Shown: piece by piece, positions 36,201 through 51,200 of the stretch
Layout: every line of letters begins with the position of its first letter
How positions within the stretch are numbered: the stretch's first letter is position 1
Source of the DNA: Octopus sinensis
Taxonomy: Eukaryota
Assembly (NCBI RefSeq): GCF_006345805.1
Contig: NC_042999.1
Coordinates: 41,726,001 to 41,790,000, forward strand
Direction of reading: 5' to 3'
Length of the DNA stretch: 64,000 nucleotides
Notes under the pieces: generated by a model
Databases searched by the model: none
What the model was told of the DNA's origin: nothing
What the model saw: only the letters and a program-made list of their open reading frames with translations
Position numbers and translations under genes: made by a program

Positions 36201-39200
36201 GCAATACTACACAGTGGCTGTGTGAGCTACGAAATCCTTGTCGCCACTGTTATATCGCAATACTACACAGTGGCTGTGTGAGCTACGAAATCCTTGTCGC
36301 CACTGTTATATCGCAATACTACACAGTGGCTGTGTGAGCTACGAAATCCTTGTCGCCACTGTTATATCGCAATACTACACAGTGGCTGTGTGAGCTACGA
36401 AATCCTTGTCGCCACTGTTATATCGCAATACTACACAGTGGCTGTGTGAGCTACGAAATCCTCGTCGCCACTGTTATATCGCAATACTACACAGTGGCTG
36501 TGTGAGCTACGAAATCCTTGTCGCCACTGTTATATCGCAATACTACACAGTGGCTGTGTGAGCTACGAAATCCTTGTCGCCACTGTTATATCGCAATACT
36601 ACACAGTGGTGTGTGAGCTACGAAATCCTCGCCGCCACTATTATATCGCAATACTACACAGTGGCTGTGTGAGCTACGAAATCCTTGTCGCCACTGTTAT
36701 ATCGCAATACTACACAGTGGCTGTGTGAGCTACGAAATCTTGTCGCCACTATTATATCGCAATACTACACAGTGGCTGTGTGAGCTACGAAATCCTGTCG
36801 CCACTGTTATATCGCAATACTACACAGTGGCTGTGTGAGCTACGAAATCCTGTCGCCACTGTTATATCGCAATACTACACAGTGGCTGTGTGAGCTACGA
36901 AATCCTGTCGCCACTGTTATATCGCAATACTACACAGTGGCTGTGTGAGCTACGAAATCCTTGTCGCCACTGTTATATCGCAATACTACACAGTGGCTGT
37001 GTGAGCTACGAAATCTTGTCGCCACTGTTATATCGCAATACTACACAGTGGCTGTGTGAGCTACGAAATCCTTGTCGCCACTGTTATATCGCAATACTAC
37101 ACAGTGGCTGTGTGAGCTACGAAATCCTCGTCGCCACTGTTATATCGCAATACTACACAGTGGCTGTGTGAGCTACGAAATCCTTGTCGCCACTTTATAT
37201 CGCAATACTACACAGTGGCTGTGTGAGCTACGAAATCCTTGTCGCCACTGTTATATCGCAATACTACACAGTGGCTGTGTGAGCTACGAAATCCTTGTCG
37301 CCACTGATATCGCAATACTACACAGTGGCTGTGTGAGCTACGAAATCCTTGTCGCCACTGTTATATCGCAATACTACACAGTGGCTGTGTGAGCTACGAA
37401 ATCCTTGTCGCCACTGTTATATCGCAATACTACACAGTGGCTGTGTGAGCTACGAAATCCTTGTCGCCACTGTTATATCGCAATACTACACAGTGGCTGT
37501 GTGAGCTACGAAATCCTTGTCGCCACTGTTATATCGCAATACTACACAGTGGCTGTGTGAGCTACGAAATCCTTGTCGCCACTGTATATCGCAATACTAC
37601 ACAGTGGCTGTGTGAGCTACGAAATCCTTGTCGCCACTGTTATATCGCAATACTACACAGTGGCTGTGTGAGCTACGGGTCGCCACTGTTATGCGCAATA
37701 CTACACAGGGCTGTGTGAGCTACGAAATCCTTGTCGCCACTGTTATATCGCAATACTACACAGTGGCTGTGTGAGCTACGAAATCCTTGTCGCCACTGTA
37801 TATCGCAATACTACACAGTGGCTGTGTGAGCTACGAAATCCTTGTCGCCACTGTTATATCGCAATACTACACAGTGGCTGTGTGAGCTACGAAATCCTTG
37901 TCGCCACTGTATATCGCAATACTACACAGTGGCTGTGTGAGCTACGAAATCCTTGTCGCCACTGTTATATCGCAATACTACACAGTGGCTGTGTGAGCTA
38001 CGAAATCCTTGTCGCCACTTTATATCGCAATACTACACAGTGGCTGTGTGAGCTACGAAATCCTTGTCGCCACTGTTATATCGCAATACTACACAGTGGC
38101 TGTGTGAGCTACGAAATCCTTGTCGCCACTGTTATATCGCAATACTACACAGTGGCTGTGTGAGCTACGAAATCCTTGTCGCCACTGTTATATCGCAATA
38201 CTACACAGTGGCTGTGTGAGCTACGAAATCCTTGTCGCCACTGTTATATCGCAATACTACACAGTGGCTGTGTGAGCTACGAAATCCTTGTCGCCACTGT
38301 TATATCGCAATACTACACAGTGGCTGTGTGAGCTACGAAATCCTTGTCGCCACTGTTATATCGCAATACTACACAGGCTGTGTGAGCTACGAAATCCTTG
38401 TCGCCACTGTTATATCGCAATACTACACAGTGGCTGTGTGAGCTACGAAATCCTCGTCGCCACTTATATCGCAATACTACACAGTGGCTGTGTGAGCTAC
38501 GAAATCCTCGTCGCCACTGTTATATCGCAATACTACACAGTGGCTGTGTGAGCTACGAAATCCTTGTCGCCACTGTTATATCGCAATACTACACAGTGGC
38601 TGTGTGAGCTACGAAATCCTTGTCGCCACTGTTATCGCAATACTACACAGTGGCTGTGTGAGCTACGAAATCCTTGTCGCCACTGTTATATCGCAATACT
38701 ACACAGTGGCTGTGTGAGCTACGAAATCCTTGTCGCCACTGTTATATCGCAATACTACACAGTGGCTGTGTGAGCTACGAAATCCTTGTCGCCACTGTTA
38801 TATCGCAATACTACACAGTGGCTGTGTGTGAGCTACGAAATCCTTGTCGCCACTGTTATATCGCAATACTACACAGTGGCTGTGTGAGCTACGAAATCCT
38901 TGTCGCCACTGTTATATCGCAATACTACACAGTGGCTGTGTGAGCTACGAAATCCTTGTCGCCACATTATATCGCAATACTACACAGTGGCTGTGTGAGC
39001 TACGAAATCCTTGTCGCCACTGTTATATCGCAATACTACACAGTGGCTGTGTGAGCTACGAAATCCTTGTCGCCACTGTTATATCGCAATACTACACAGT
39101 GGCTGTGTGAGCTACGAAATCCTCGTCGCCACTGTTATATCGCAATACTACACAGTGGCTGTGTGAGCTACGAAATCCTTGTCGCCACTGTTATATCGCA

Positions 39201-42200
39201 ATACTACACAGTGGCTGTGTGAGCTACGAAATCCTTGTCGCCACTTTATATCGCAATACTACACAGTGGCTGTGTGAGCTACGAAATCCTTGTCGCCACT
39301 GTTATATCGCAATACTACACAGTGGCTGTGTGAGCTACGAAATCCTTGTCGCCACTGTTATATCGCAATACACACAGTGGCTGTGTGAGCTACGAAATCC
39401 TTGTCCACTGTTATATCGCAATACTACACAGTGGCTGTGTGAGCTACGAAATGTCGCCACTATTATATCGCAATACTACACAGTGGCTGTGTGAGCTACG
39501 AAATCCTTGTCGCCACTGTTATATCGCAATACTACACAGTGGCTGTGTGAGCTACGAAATCCTTGTCGCCACTGTTATATCGCAATACTACACAGTGGCT
39601 GTGTGAGCTACGAATCCTTGTCGCCACTGTTATATCGCAATACTACACAGTGGCTGTGTGAGCTACGAAATCCTTGTCGCCACTGTTATATCGCAATACT
39701 ACACAGTGGCTGTGTGAGCTACGAAATCCTTGTCGCCACTTTATATCGCAATACTACACAGTGGCTGTGTGAGCTACGAAATCCTCGTCGCCACTGTTAT
39801 ATCGCAATACTACACAGTGGCTGTGTGAGCTACGAAATCCTTGTCGCCACTGTTATATCGCATACTACACAGTGGCTGTGTGAGCTACGAAATCCTTGTC
39901 GCCACTGTTATATCGCAATACTACACAGTGGCTGTGTGAGCTACGAAATCCTGTCGCCACTGTTATATCGCAATACTACACGGCTGTGTGAGCTACGAAA
40001 TCCTGTCGCCACTGTTATATCGCAATACTACACAGTGGCTGTGTGAGCTACGAAATCCTTGTCGCCACTGTATATCGCAATACTACACAGTGGCTGTGTG
40101 AGCTACGAAATCCTTGTCGCCACTGTTATATCGCAATACTACACAGTGGCTGTGTGAGCTACGAAATCCTTGTCGCCACTGTTATATCGCAATACTACAC
40201 AGTGGCTGTGTGAGCTACGAAATCCTTGTCGCCACTGTTATATCGCAATACTACACAGTGGCTGTGTGAGCTACGAAATCCTTGTCGCCACTGTTATCGC
40301 AACACTACACAGTGGCTGTGTGAGCTACGAAATCCTCGCCGCCACTGTTATATCGCAATACTACACAGTGGCTGTGTGAGCTACGAAATCCTTGTCGCCA
40401 CTGTATATCGCAATACTACACAGTGGCTGTGTGAGCTACGAAATCCTTGTCGCCACTGTATATCGCAATACTACACAGTGGCTGTGTGAGCTACGAAATC
40501 CTGTCGCCACTGTTATATCGCAATACTACACAGTGGCTGTGTGAGCTACGAAATCCTCGCCGCCACTGTTATATCGCAATACTACACAGTGGCTGTGTGA
40601 GCTACGAAATCCTCGTCGCCACTGTTATATCGCAATACTACATGGCTGTGTGAGCTACGAAATCCTTGTCGCCACTGTTATATCGCAATACTACACAGTG
40701 GCTGTGTGAGCTACGAAATCCTTCGCCACTGTTATATCGCAATACTACACAGTGGTGTGTGAGCTACGAAATCCTTGTCGCCACTGTTATATCGCAATAC
40801 TACACAGTGGTTGTGAGCTACGAATTCTCGCCCACATTATATCGCAATACTACACAGTGGCTGTGTGAGCTACGAAATCCTCCTCGCCACTAATATATCG
40901 CAATACTACACACTGGCTGTTTGAGCTACGAAATCCTTGCCGCCACTGTTATATCGCAATACTACACAGTGGCTGTGTGAGCAACGAAATTCTCGCCGCC
41001 ACTATTATATCGCAATACTACACAGTGGCTGTGTGAGCTACGAAATCCTCGTCGCCACTAATATATCGCAATGCTACACACTGGCTGTGTGAGCTACGAA
41101 ATCCTTGCCGCCACTGTTATATCGCAATACTACACAGTGGCTGTGTGAGCTACGAAATCATTGTCGCCACTGTTATATCGCAATATTACACAGTGGCTGT
41201 GTGAGCTACGAAATCCTTGTCGCCACTGTTATATCGCAATACTACACAGTGGCTGTGTGAGCTACGAAATCCTCGTCGCCACTGTTATATCGCAATACCA
41301 CACAGTGGCTGTTGAGCTACGAAATCCTTGTCGCCACTGTTAAATCGCAATACTACACAGTGGCTGTGTGAGCTACGAAATCCTTGTCGCCACTGTTATA
41401 TCGCAATACTACACAGTGGCTGTGTGAGCTACGAAATCCTCGTCGCCACTGTTATATCGCAATACCACACAGTGGCTGTTGAGCTACGAAATCCTTGTCG
41501 CCACTGTTATATCGCAATACTACACAGTGGCTGTGTGAGCTACGAAATCCTTGTAACCACTGTTATATCGCAATACTACACAGTGGCTGTGTGAGCTACG
41601 AAATCCTTGTCGCTACTGTTATATCGCAATACTCCACAGTGGCTGTGTGAGCAACGAAATCCTTGTCGCCACTGTTATATCGCAATACTACGCAGTGGCT
41701 GTGTGAGCTACGAAATCCTCGTCGCCACTGTTATATCGCAATACCACACAGTGGCTGTTGAGCTACGAAATCCTTGTCGCCACCGTTATATCGCAATACT
41801 ACACAGTGGCTGTGTGAGCTACGAAATCCTTGTCGCCACTGTTATATCGCAATACTACACAGTGGCTGTGTGAGCTACGAAATCCTTGTCGCCACTGTTA
41901 TATCGCAATACTACACAGTGGCTGTGTGAGCTACGAAATCCTCCTCGCCACTTTTATATCGCAATACCACACAGTGGCTGTTGTGCTACGAAATCGTTGT
42001 CGCCAGTTATATCGCAATACTACACAGTGGCTGTGTGAGCTACGAAATCCTTGTCGCCACTGTTATATCGCAATACTACACAGTGGCTGTGTGAGCTACG
42101 AAATCCTTGTCGCCACTGATATATCGCAATACTACACAGTGGCTGTGTGAGCTACGAAATCCTTGTCGCCACTGTTATATCGCAATACTACACAGTGGCT

Positions 42201-45200
42201 GTGTGAGCTACGAAATCCTCTTCGCCACTGTTATATCGCAATACCACACAGTGGCTGTTGAGCTACAAAATCCTTGTCGCCACTGTTATATCGCAATACT
42301 ACACAGTGGCTGTGTGAGCTACGAAATCCTTGTCGCCACTGTTCTATCGCAATACTACACAGTGGCTGTGTGAGCTACGAAATCCTCGCCGCCACTATTA
42401 TATCGCAATACTACACAGTGGCTGTGTGAGCTACGAAATCCTTGTCGCCACTATTATATCGCAATACTACACAGTGGCTGTGTGAGCTACGAAATCCTTG
42501 TCGCCACTGTTATATCGCAATACTACACAGTGGCTGTGTGAGCTACGAAATCCTTGTCGCCACTGTTATATATCGCAATACTACACAGTGGCTGTGTGAG
42601 CTACGAAATCCTCGTCGCCACTGTTATATCGCAATACTACACAGTGGCTGTGTGAGCTACGAAATCCTTGTCGCTACGCCACTATTATATCGCAATACTA
42701 CACAGTGGCTGTGTGAGCAACGAAATCCTGTCGCCACTGTTATATCGCAATACTACACAGTGGCTGTGTGAGCTACGAAATCCTTGTCGCCACTATTATA
42801 TCGCAATTACACAGTGGCTGTGTGAGCTACGAAATCCTTGTCGCCACTGTTATATCGCAATACTACACAGTGGCTGTGTGAGCTACGAAATCCTTGTCGC
42901 CACTGTTATATCGCAATACTACACAGTGGCTGTGTGAGCTACGAAATCCTTGTCGCCACTGTTATATCGCAATACTACACAGTGGCTGTGTGAGCTACGA
43001 AATCCTTGTCGCCACTGTTATATCGCAATACTACACAGTGGCTGTGTGAGCTACTACGAAATCCTCTCGTCCACTGTTATATCGCAATACTACACAGTGG
43101 CTGTGTGAGCTACGAAATCCTTGTCGCCACTGTTATATCGCAATACTACACAGTGGCTGTGTGAGCTACGAAATCCTTGTCGCCACTGTTATATCGCAAT
43201 ACTACACAGTGGCTGTGTGAGCTACGAAACAACTTGTCGCCACTGTTATATCGCAATACTACTCAGTGGCTGTGTGAGCTACGAATCCTTGTCGCCACTG
43301 TTATATCGCAATACTACACAGTGGCTGTGTGAGCTACGAAATCCTTGTCGCCACTGTTATATCGCAATACTACACAGTGGCTGTGTGAGCTACGAAATCC
43401 TCGCCGCCACTATTATATCGCAATACTACACAGTGGCTGTGTGAGCTACGAAATCCTTGTCGCCACTGTTATATCGCAATACTACACAGTGGCTGTGTGA
43501 GCTACGAAATCCTTGTCGCCACTGTTATATCGCAATACTACACAGTGGCTGTGTGAGCTACGAAATCCTTGTCGCCACTGTTATATCGCAATACTACACA
43601 GTGGCTGTGTGAGCTACGAAATCCTCGCCGCACTGTTATATCGCAATACTACACAGTGGCTGTGTGAGCTACGAAATCCTTGTCGCCACTGTTATATCGC
43701 AATACTACACAGTGGCTGTGTGAGCTACGAAATCCTTGTCGCCACTGTTATATCGCAATACTACACAGTGGCTGTGTGAGCTACGAAATCCTTGTCGCCA
43801 CTTTATATCGCAATACTACACAGTGGCTGTGTGAGCTACGAAATCCTTGTCGCCACTGTTATATATCGCAATACTACACAGTGGCTGTGTGAGCTACGAA
43901 ATCCTGTGTCGCCACTGTTATATAGCGCAATACTACACAGTGGCTGTGTGAGCTACGAAATCCTCGTCGCCACTGTTATATCGCAATACTACACAGTGGC
44001 TGTGTGAGCTAGCTACGAAATCCTTGTCGCCACTGTTATATCGCAATACTACACAGTGGCTGTGTGAGCTACGAAATCCTTGTCGCCACTGTTATATCGC
44101 AATACTACACAGTGGCTGTGTGAGCTACGAAAAATCCTTGCCGCCACTGTTATATCCGCAATACTACACAGTGGCTGTGTGAGCTACGAAATCCTTGTCG
44201 CCACTGTTATATCGCAATACTACACAGTGGCTGTGTGAGCTACGAAATCCTTGTCGCCACTGTTATATATCGCAATACTACACAGTGGCTGTGTGAGCTA
44301 CGAAATCCTCGTCGCCACTGTTATATCGCAATACTACACAGTGGCTGTGTGAGCTACGAAATCCTCGCCGCCACTGTTATATCGCAATACTACACAGTGG
44401 CTGTGTGAGCTACGAAATCCTTGTCGCCACTTTTATATCGCAATACTACACAGTGGCTGTGTGAGCTACGAAATCCTTGTCGCCACTGTTATATCGCAAT
44501 ACTACACAGTGGCTGTGTGAGCTACGAAATCCTTGTCGCCACTGTTATATCGCAATACTACACAGTGGCTGTGTGAGCTACGAAATCCTTGTCGCCACTG
44601 TTATATCGCAATACACAGTGGCTGTGTGAGCTACGAAATCCTTGTCGCCACTGTTATATTCGCAATACTACACAGTGGCTGTGTGAGCTACGAAATCCTT
44701 GTCGCCACTGTTATATCGCAATACTACACAGTGGCTGTGTGAGCTACGAAATCCTTGTCGCCACTGTTATATCGCAATACTACACAGTGGCTGTGTGAGC
44801 TACGAAATCCTTGTCGCCACTGTTATATCGCAATACTACACAGTGGCTGTGTGAGCTACGAAATCCTTGTCGCCACTATTATATCGCAATACTACACAGT
44901 GGCTGTGTGAGCTACGAAATCCTTGTCGCCACTGTTATATCGCAATACTACACAGTGGCTGTGTGAGCTACGAAATCCTCGCCGCCACTGTTATATCGCA
45001 ATACTACACAGTGGCTGTGTGAGCTACGAAATCCTTGTCGCCACTTTTATATCGCAATACTACACAGTGGCTGTGTGAGCTACGAAATCCTTGTCGCCAC
45101 TGTTATATCGCAATACTACACAGTGGCTGTGTGAGCTACGAAATCCTCGCCGCCACTGTTATATCGCAATACTACACAGTGGCTGTGTGAGCTACGAAAT

Positions 45201-48200
45201 CCTTGTCGCCACTGTTATATCGCAATACTACACAGTGGCTGTGTGAGCTACGAAATCCTGGTCGCCACTGTTATATCGCAATACTACACAGTGGCTGTGT
45301 GAGCTACGAAATCCTCGCCGCCACTGATATATCGCAATACTACACAGTGGCTGTGTGAGCTACGAAATCCTCGCCGCCACTGTTATATCGCAATACTACA
45401 CAGTGGCTGTGTGAGCTACGAAATCCTTGTCGCCACTATTATATCGCAATACTACACAGTGGCTGTGTGAGCTACGAAATCCTGGTCGCCACTGTTATAT
45501 CGCAATACTACACAGTGGCTGTGTGAGCTACGAAATCCTTGTCGCCACTCTTATATCGCAATACTACACAGTGGCTGTGTGAGCTACGAATCCTCTCGTC
45601 GCCACTGTTATATCGCAATACTACACAGTGGCTGTGTGAGCTACGAAATCCTTGTCGCCACTATTATATTGCAATACTACACAGTGGCTGTGTGAGCTAC
45701 GAAATCCTCGCCGCGACTATTATATCGCAATACTACTCAGTGGATGTGTGAGCTACGAAATCCTTGTCGCCACTATTATATCGCAATACTACACAGTGGC
45801 TGTGTGAGCTACGAAATCCTTGTCCCCACTATTATATTGCAATACTACACAGTGGTTGTGTGAGCTACGAAATCCTTGTCGCCACTGTTATATCGCAATA
45901 CTACACAGTGGCTGTGTGAGCTACGAAATCCTCGCCGCGACTATTATATCGCAATACTACCCAGTGGATGTGGGAGCACCGAAATCCTTGTCGCCACTGT
46001 TATATCGCAATACTACACAGTGGCTGTGTGAGCTACGAAATCCTTGTCGCCACTGTTATATCGCAATACTACACAGTGGCTGTGTGAGCTACGAAATCCT
46101 TGTCGCCACTATTATATCGCAATACTACACAGTGGCTGTGTGAGCTACGAAATCCTTGTCGCCACTGTTATATCGCAATACTACACAGTGGCTGTGTGAG
46201 CTACGAAATCCTTGTCGCCACTGTTATATCGCAATACTACACAGTGGCTGTGTGAGCTACGAAATCCTTGTCGCCACTGTTATATCGCAATACTACACAG
46301 TGGCTGTGTGAGCTACGAAATCCTTGTCGCGCCACTTTTTATCGCAATACTACACAGTGGCTGTGTGAGCTACGAAATCCTTGTCGCCACTGTTATATCG
46401 CAATATCAATACACAGTGGCGTGTGAGCTACGAAATCCTCGCCGCCACTATTATATCGCAATACTACACAGTGGATGTGTGAGCTACGAAATCCTTGTCG
46501 CCACTGTTATATCGCAATACTACACAGTGGCTGTGTGAGCTACGAAATCCTTGTCGCCACTGTTATATCGCAATACTACACAGTGGCTGTGTGAGCTACG
46601 AAATCCTCGTCGCCACTGTTATATCGCAATACTACACAGTGGCTGTGTGAGCTACGAAATCCTCGCCGCCACTGTTATATCGCAATACTACACAGTGGCT
46701 GTGTGAGCTACGAAATCCTTGTCGCCACTTTATATCGCAATACTACACAGTGGCTGTGTGAGCTACGAAATCCTTGTCGCCACTGTTATATCGCAATACT
46801 ACACAGTGGCTGTGTGAGCTAAGAATCCTTGTCGCCACTGTTATATATCGCAATACTACACAGTGGCTGTGTGAGCTACGAAATCCTTGTCGCCACTTTT
46901 ATATCGCAATACTACACAGTGGCTGTGTGAGCTACGTCCTAAATCCGACTGTATAATAATACCAGTGGCTGTGTGAGCTACGAATCCTTGTCGCCACTGT
47001 TATATCGCGCAATACTACACAGTGGCTGTGTGAGCTACGAAATCCTTGTCGCCACTGTTATATCGCAATACTACACAGTGGCTGTGTGAGCTACGAAATC
47101 CTTGTCGCCACTGTTATATCGCAATACTACACAGGGGCTGTGTGAGCTACGAAATCCTTGTCGCCACTGTTATATCGCAATACTACACAGTGGCTGTTGT
47201 GAGCTACGAAATCCTTGTCGCCACTGTTATATCGCAATACTACACAGTGGCTGTGTGAGCTACGAAATCCTTGTCGCCACTGTTATCGCAATACTACACA
47301 GTGTGGTGTGTGAGCTACGAAAATCCTTGCCGCCACTGTTCGCATGTTATATCGCATACTACACAGTGGCTGTGTGAGCTACGAAATCCTTGTCGCCACT
47401 GTTATATCGCAATACTACACAGTGGCTGTGTGAGCTACGAAATCCTCGCCGCCACTATATATTAGCAATACTACACCTTGTCGGTTGGCTGTCGTCGCCA
47501 CTGTTATATCGCAATACTACACAGTGGCTGTGTGAGCTACGAAATCCTCGCCGCCACTATTATATCGCAATACTACACAGTGGCTGTGTGAGCTACGAAT
47601 CCTTGTCGCCACTGTTATATCGCAATACTACACAGTGGCTGTGTGAGCTACGAAATCCTGTCGCCACTGTTATATCGCAATACTAACTGGCATGTACACG
47701 AAATCCTTGTCGCCACTGGTTATATCCTACTACACGTGCATTGCTACCCTCCTCGCCGCCACTGTTATATCGCAATACTACACAGTGGCTGTGTGAGCTA
47801 CGAAATCCTTGTCGCCACTGTTATATCGCAATACTACACAGTGGCTGTGTGAGCTACGAAATCCTTGTCGCCACATTATATCGCAATACTACACAGTGGC
47901 TGTGTGAGCTACGAAATCCTTGTCGCCACTGTTATATCGCAATACTACACAGTGGCTGTGTGAGCTACGAAATCCTTGTCGCCACTGTTATATCGCAATA
48001 CTACACAGTGGCTGTGTGAGCTACGAAATCCTCGTCGCCACTGTTATATCGCAATACTACACAGTGGCTGTGTGAGCTACGAAATCCTCGCCGCCACTGT
48101 TATATCGCAATACTACACAGTGGCTGTGTGAGCTACGAAATCCTTGTCGCCACTTTTATATCGCAATACTACACAGTGGCTGTGTGAGCTACGAAATCCT

Positions 48201-51200
48201 TGTCGCCACTGTTATATCGCAATACTACACAGTGGCTGTGTGAGCTACGAAATCCTTCGCCACTGTTATATTCGCAATACTACACAGTGGCTGTGTGAGC
48301 TACGAAATCCTTGTCGCCACTTTTATATCGCAATACTACACAGTGGCTGTGTGAGCTACGAAATCCTTGTCGCCACTGTTATATCGCAATACTACACAGT
48401 GGCTGTGTGAGCTACGAAATCCTTGTCGCCACTGTTATATCGCAATACTACACAGTGGCTGTGTGAGCTACGAAATCCTTGTCGCCACTGTTATATCGCA
48501 ATACTACACAGTGGCTGTGTGAGCTACGAAATCCTTGTCGCCACCACTGTTATATCGCAATACTACACAGTGGCTGTGAGCTACGAAATCCTTGTCGCCA
48601 CTGTTATATCGCAATACTACACAGTGGCTGTGTGAGCTACGAAATCCTTGTCGCCACTGTTATATCGCAATACTATACAGTGGCTGTGTGAGCTACGAAT
48701 CCTTGTCGCCACTGTTATCGCAATACTACACAGTGGCTGTGTGAGTGAGCTACGAAATCCTGTCGCCACTATTATATCGCAATACTACACAGTGGCTGTG
48801 TGAGCTACGAATCCTCGCCGCCACTGTTATATCGCAATACTACACAGTGGCTGTGTGAGCTACGAAACCTTGTCGCCACTTTTATATCGCAATACTACAC
48901 AGTGGCTGTGTGCCTACGAAATCCTGTCGCCACTGTTATATCGCAATACTACACAGTGGCTGTGTGAGCTACGAATCCTCGTCCGCCACTATTATATCGC
49001 ATACTACACAGTGGATGTGTGAGCTACGAAAGATCCTTGTCGCCACTGTTATATCGCAATCTACACAGTGGCTGTTGTGTGAGCTACGAAATCCTTGGCC
49101 GCCACTGTTATAATCGCAATACTACACACAGTGGCTGTTGTGAGCTACGAATCCTCGCCGCCACTGTTATATCGCAATACTACTACACAGTGGCTGTGTG
49201 AGCTCTACGAAATCCTTGTCGCCACTATTATATACGCAATACTACACAGTGGCTGTGTGAGCTACGAAATCCTGGTCGCCACTGTTATATCGCAATACTA
49301 CACACAGTGGCTGTGTGAGCTACGAAATCCTCGCCGCCACTGTTATATCGCAATACTACACATGGCTGTGTGAGCTACGAAATCCTTGTCGCCACTGTTA
49401 TATCGCAATACTACACAGTGGCTGTGTGAGCTACGAAAAATCCTGGTCGCCACTGTTATAATCGCAATACTACCAGTGGCTGTGTGAGCTCTACGAAATC
49501 CTCGCCGCCACTGTTATATCGCAATACTACACAGTGGCTGTGTGAGCTACGAAATCCTTGTCGCCACTGTTATATCGCAATACTACACAGTGGCTGTGTG
49601 AGCTACGAAATCCTCGCCGCCACTATTATATCGCAATACTACACAGTGGCTGTGTGAGCTACGAAATCCTTGTCGCCACTGTTTATATCGCAATACTACA
49701 CAGTGGCGTGTGAGCGACGAAATCCTGTCGCCACTATTATATCGCAATACTACACAGTGGCTGTGTGTGAGCTACGAAATCCTCGCCCCACCCTGTTATA
49801 ATCGCAATACTACACATTGGCTGTGTGAGCTACGAAATCCTTGTCGCCACTATTATTCGCAATACTACACAGTGGCTGTGTGAGCTACGAAATCCTTGTC
49901 GCCACTGTTATATCGCAAAACTACACAGTGGCTGTGTGAGCTACGAAATCCTTGTCGCCACTGTTATTATCGCAATACTACACAGTGGCTGTGTGAGCTA
50001 CGAAATCCTCTCGCCACTTTTATATCGCAATACCACACAGTGGCTGTGTGTACTACACGAAATCGTTGTCGCCAGTTTATATCGCAATACTACACAGTGG
50101 CTGTGTGAGCTAGCTACGAAATCCTTGTCGCCACTGTTATATCGCAATACTACACAGTGGCTGTGTGAGCTACGAATCCTTGTCGCCCTGATATATCGCA
50201 ATACTACACATTGGCTGTGTGAGCTACAAATCCTTGTCGCCACTGTTATATCGCAATACTACACAGTGGCTGTGTGAGCTACGAAATCCTCTTCGCCACT
50301 GTTATATCGCAATACCATACAGTGGCTGTTGAGCGCTACAAATCCTTGTCGCCACTGTTATATCGCAATACTAACACAGTGGCTGTGTGAGCTACGAATC
50401 CTTGTCGCCACTGTTCTATCGCAATACTACACAGTGGCTGTGTGAGCTACGAAATCCTCGCCGCCACTATTATATCGCAATACTACACAGTGGCTGTGTG
50501 AGCTACGAAATCCTTGTCGCCACTATTATATCGCAATACTACACAGTGGCTGTGTGAGCTACGAAATCCTCGTCGCCACTGTTATATCGCAATACTACAT
50601 AGTGGCTGTGTGAACTACGAAATCCTTGTCGCCACTGTTATATCGCAATACTACACAGTGGCTGTGTGAGCTACGAAATCCTCGCCGCCACTATTATATC
50701 GCAATACTACACAGTGGCTGTGTGAGCTACGAAATCCTTGTCGCCACTATTATATCGCAATACTACACAGTGGCTGTGTGAGCTACGAAAACCTCGTCGC
50801 CACTGTTATGTCGCAATACTACACAGTGGCTGTGTGAGCTACGAAATCCTCGCCGCCACTATTATATCGCAATACTACACAGTGGCTGTGTGAGCTACGA
50901 ACTCCTTGTCGCCACTGTTATATCGCAATACTACACAGTGGATGTGTGAGCTACGAAATCCTTGTCGCCACTGTTATATCGCAATACTACACAGTGGCTG
51001 TGTGAGCTACGAAATCCTTGTCGCCACTGTTATATCGCAATACTACACAGTGGATGTGTGAGCTACGAAATCCTCGTCGCCACTGTTATATCGCAATACT
51101 ACACAGTGGCTGTGTGAGCTACGAAATCCTCGTCACCACTGTTATATCGCAATACTACACTGTGGCTGTGTGAGCTACGAAATCCTTGTCGCCACTGTTA

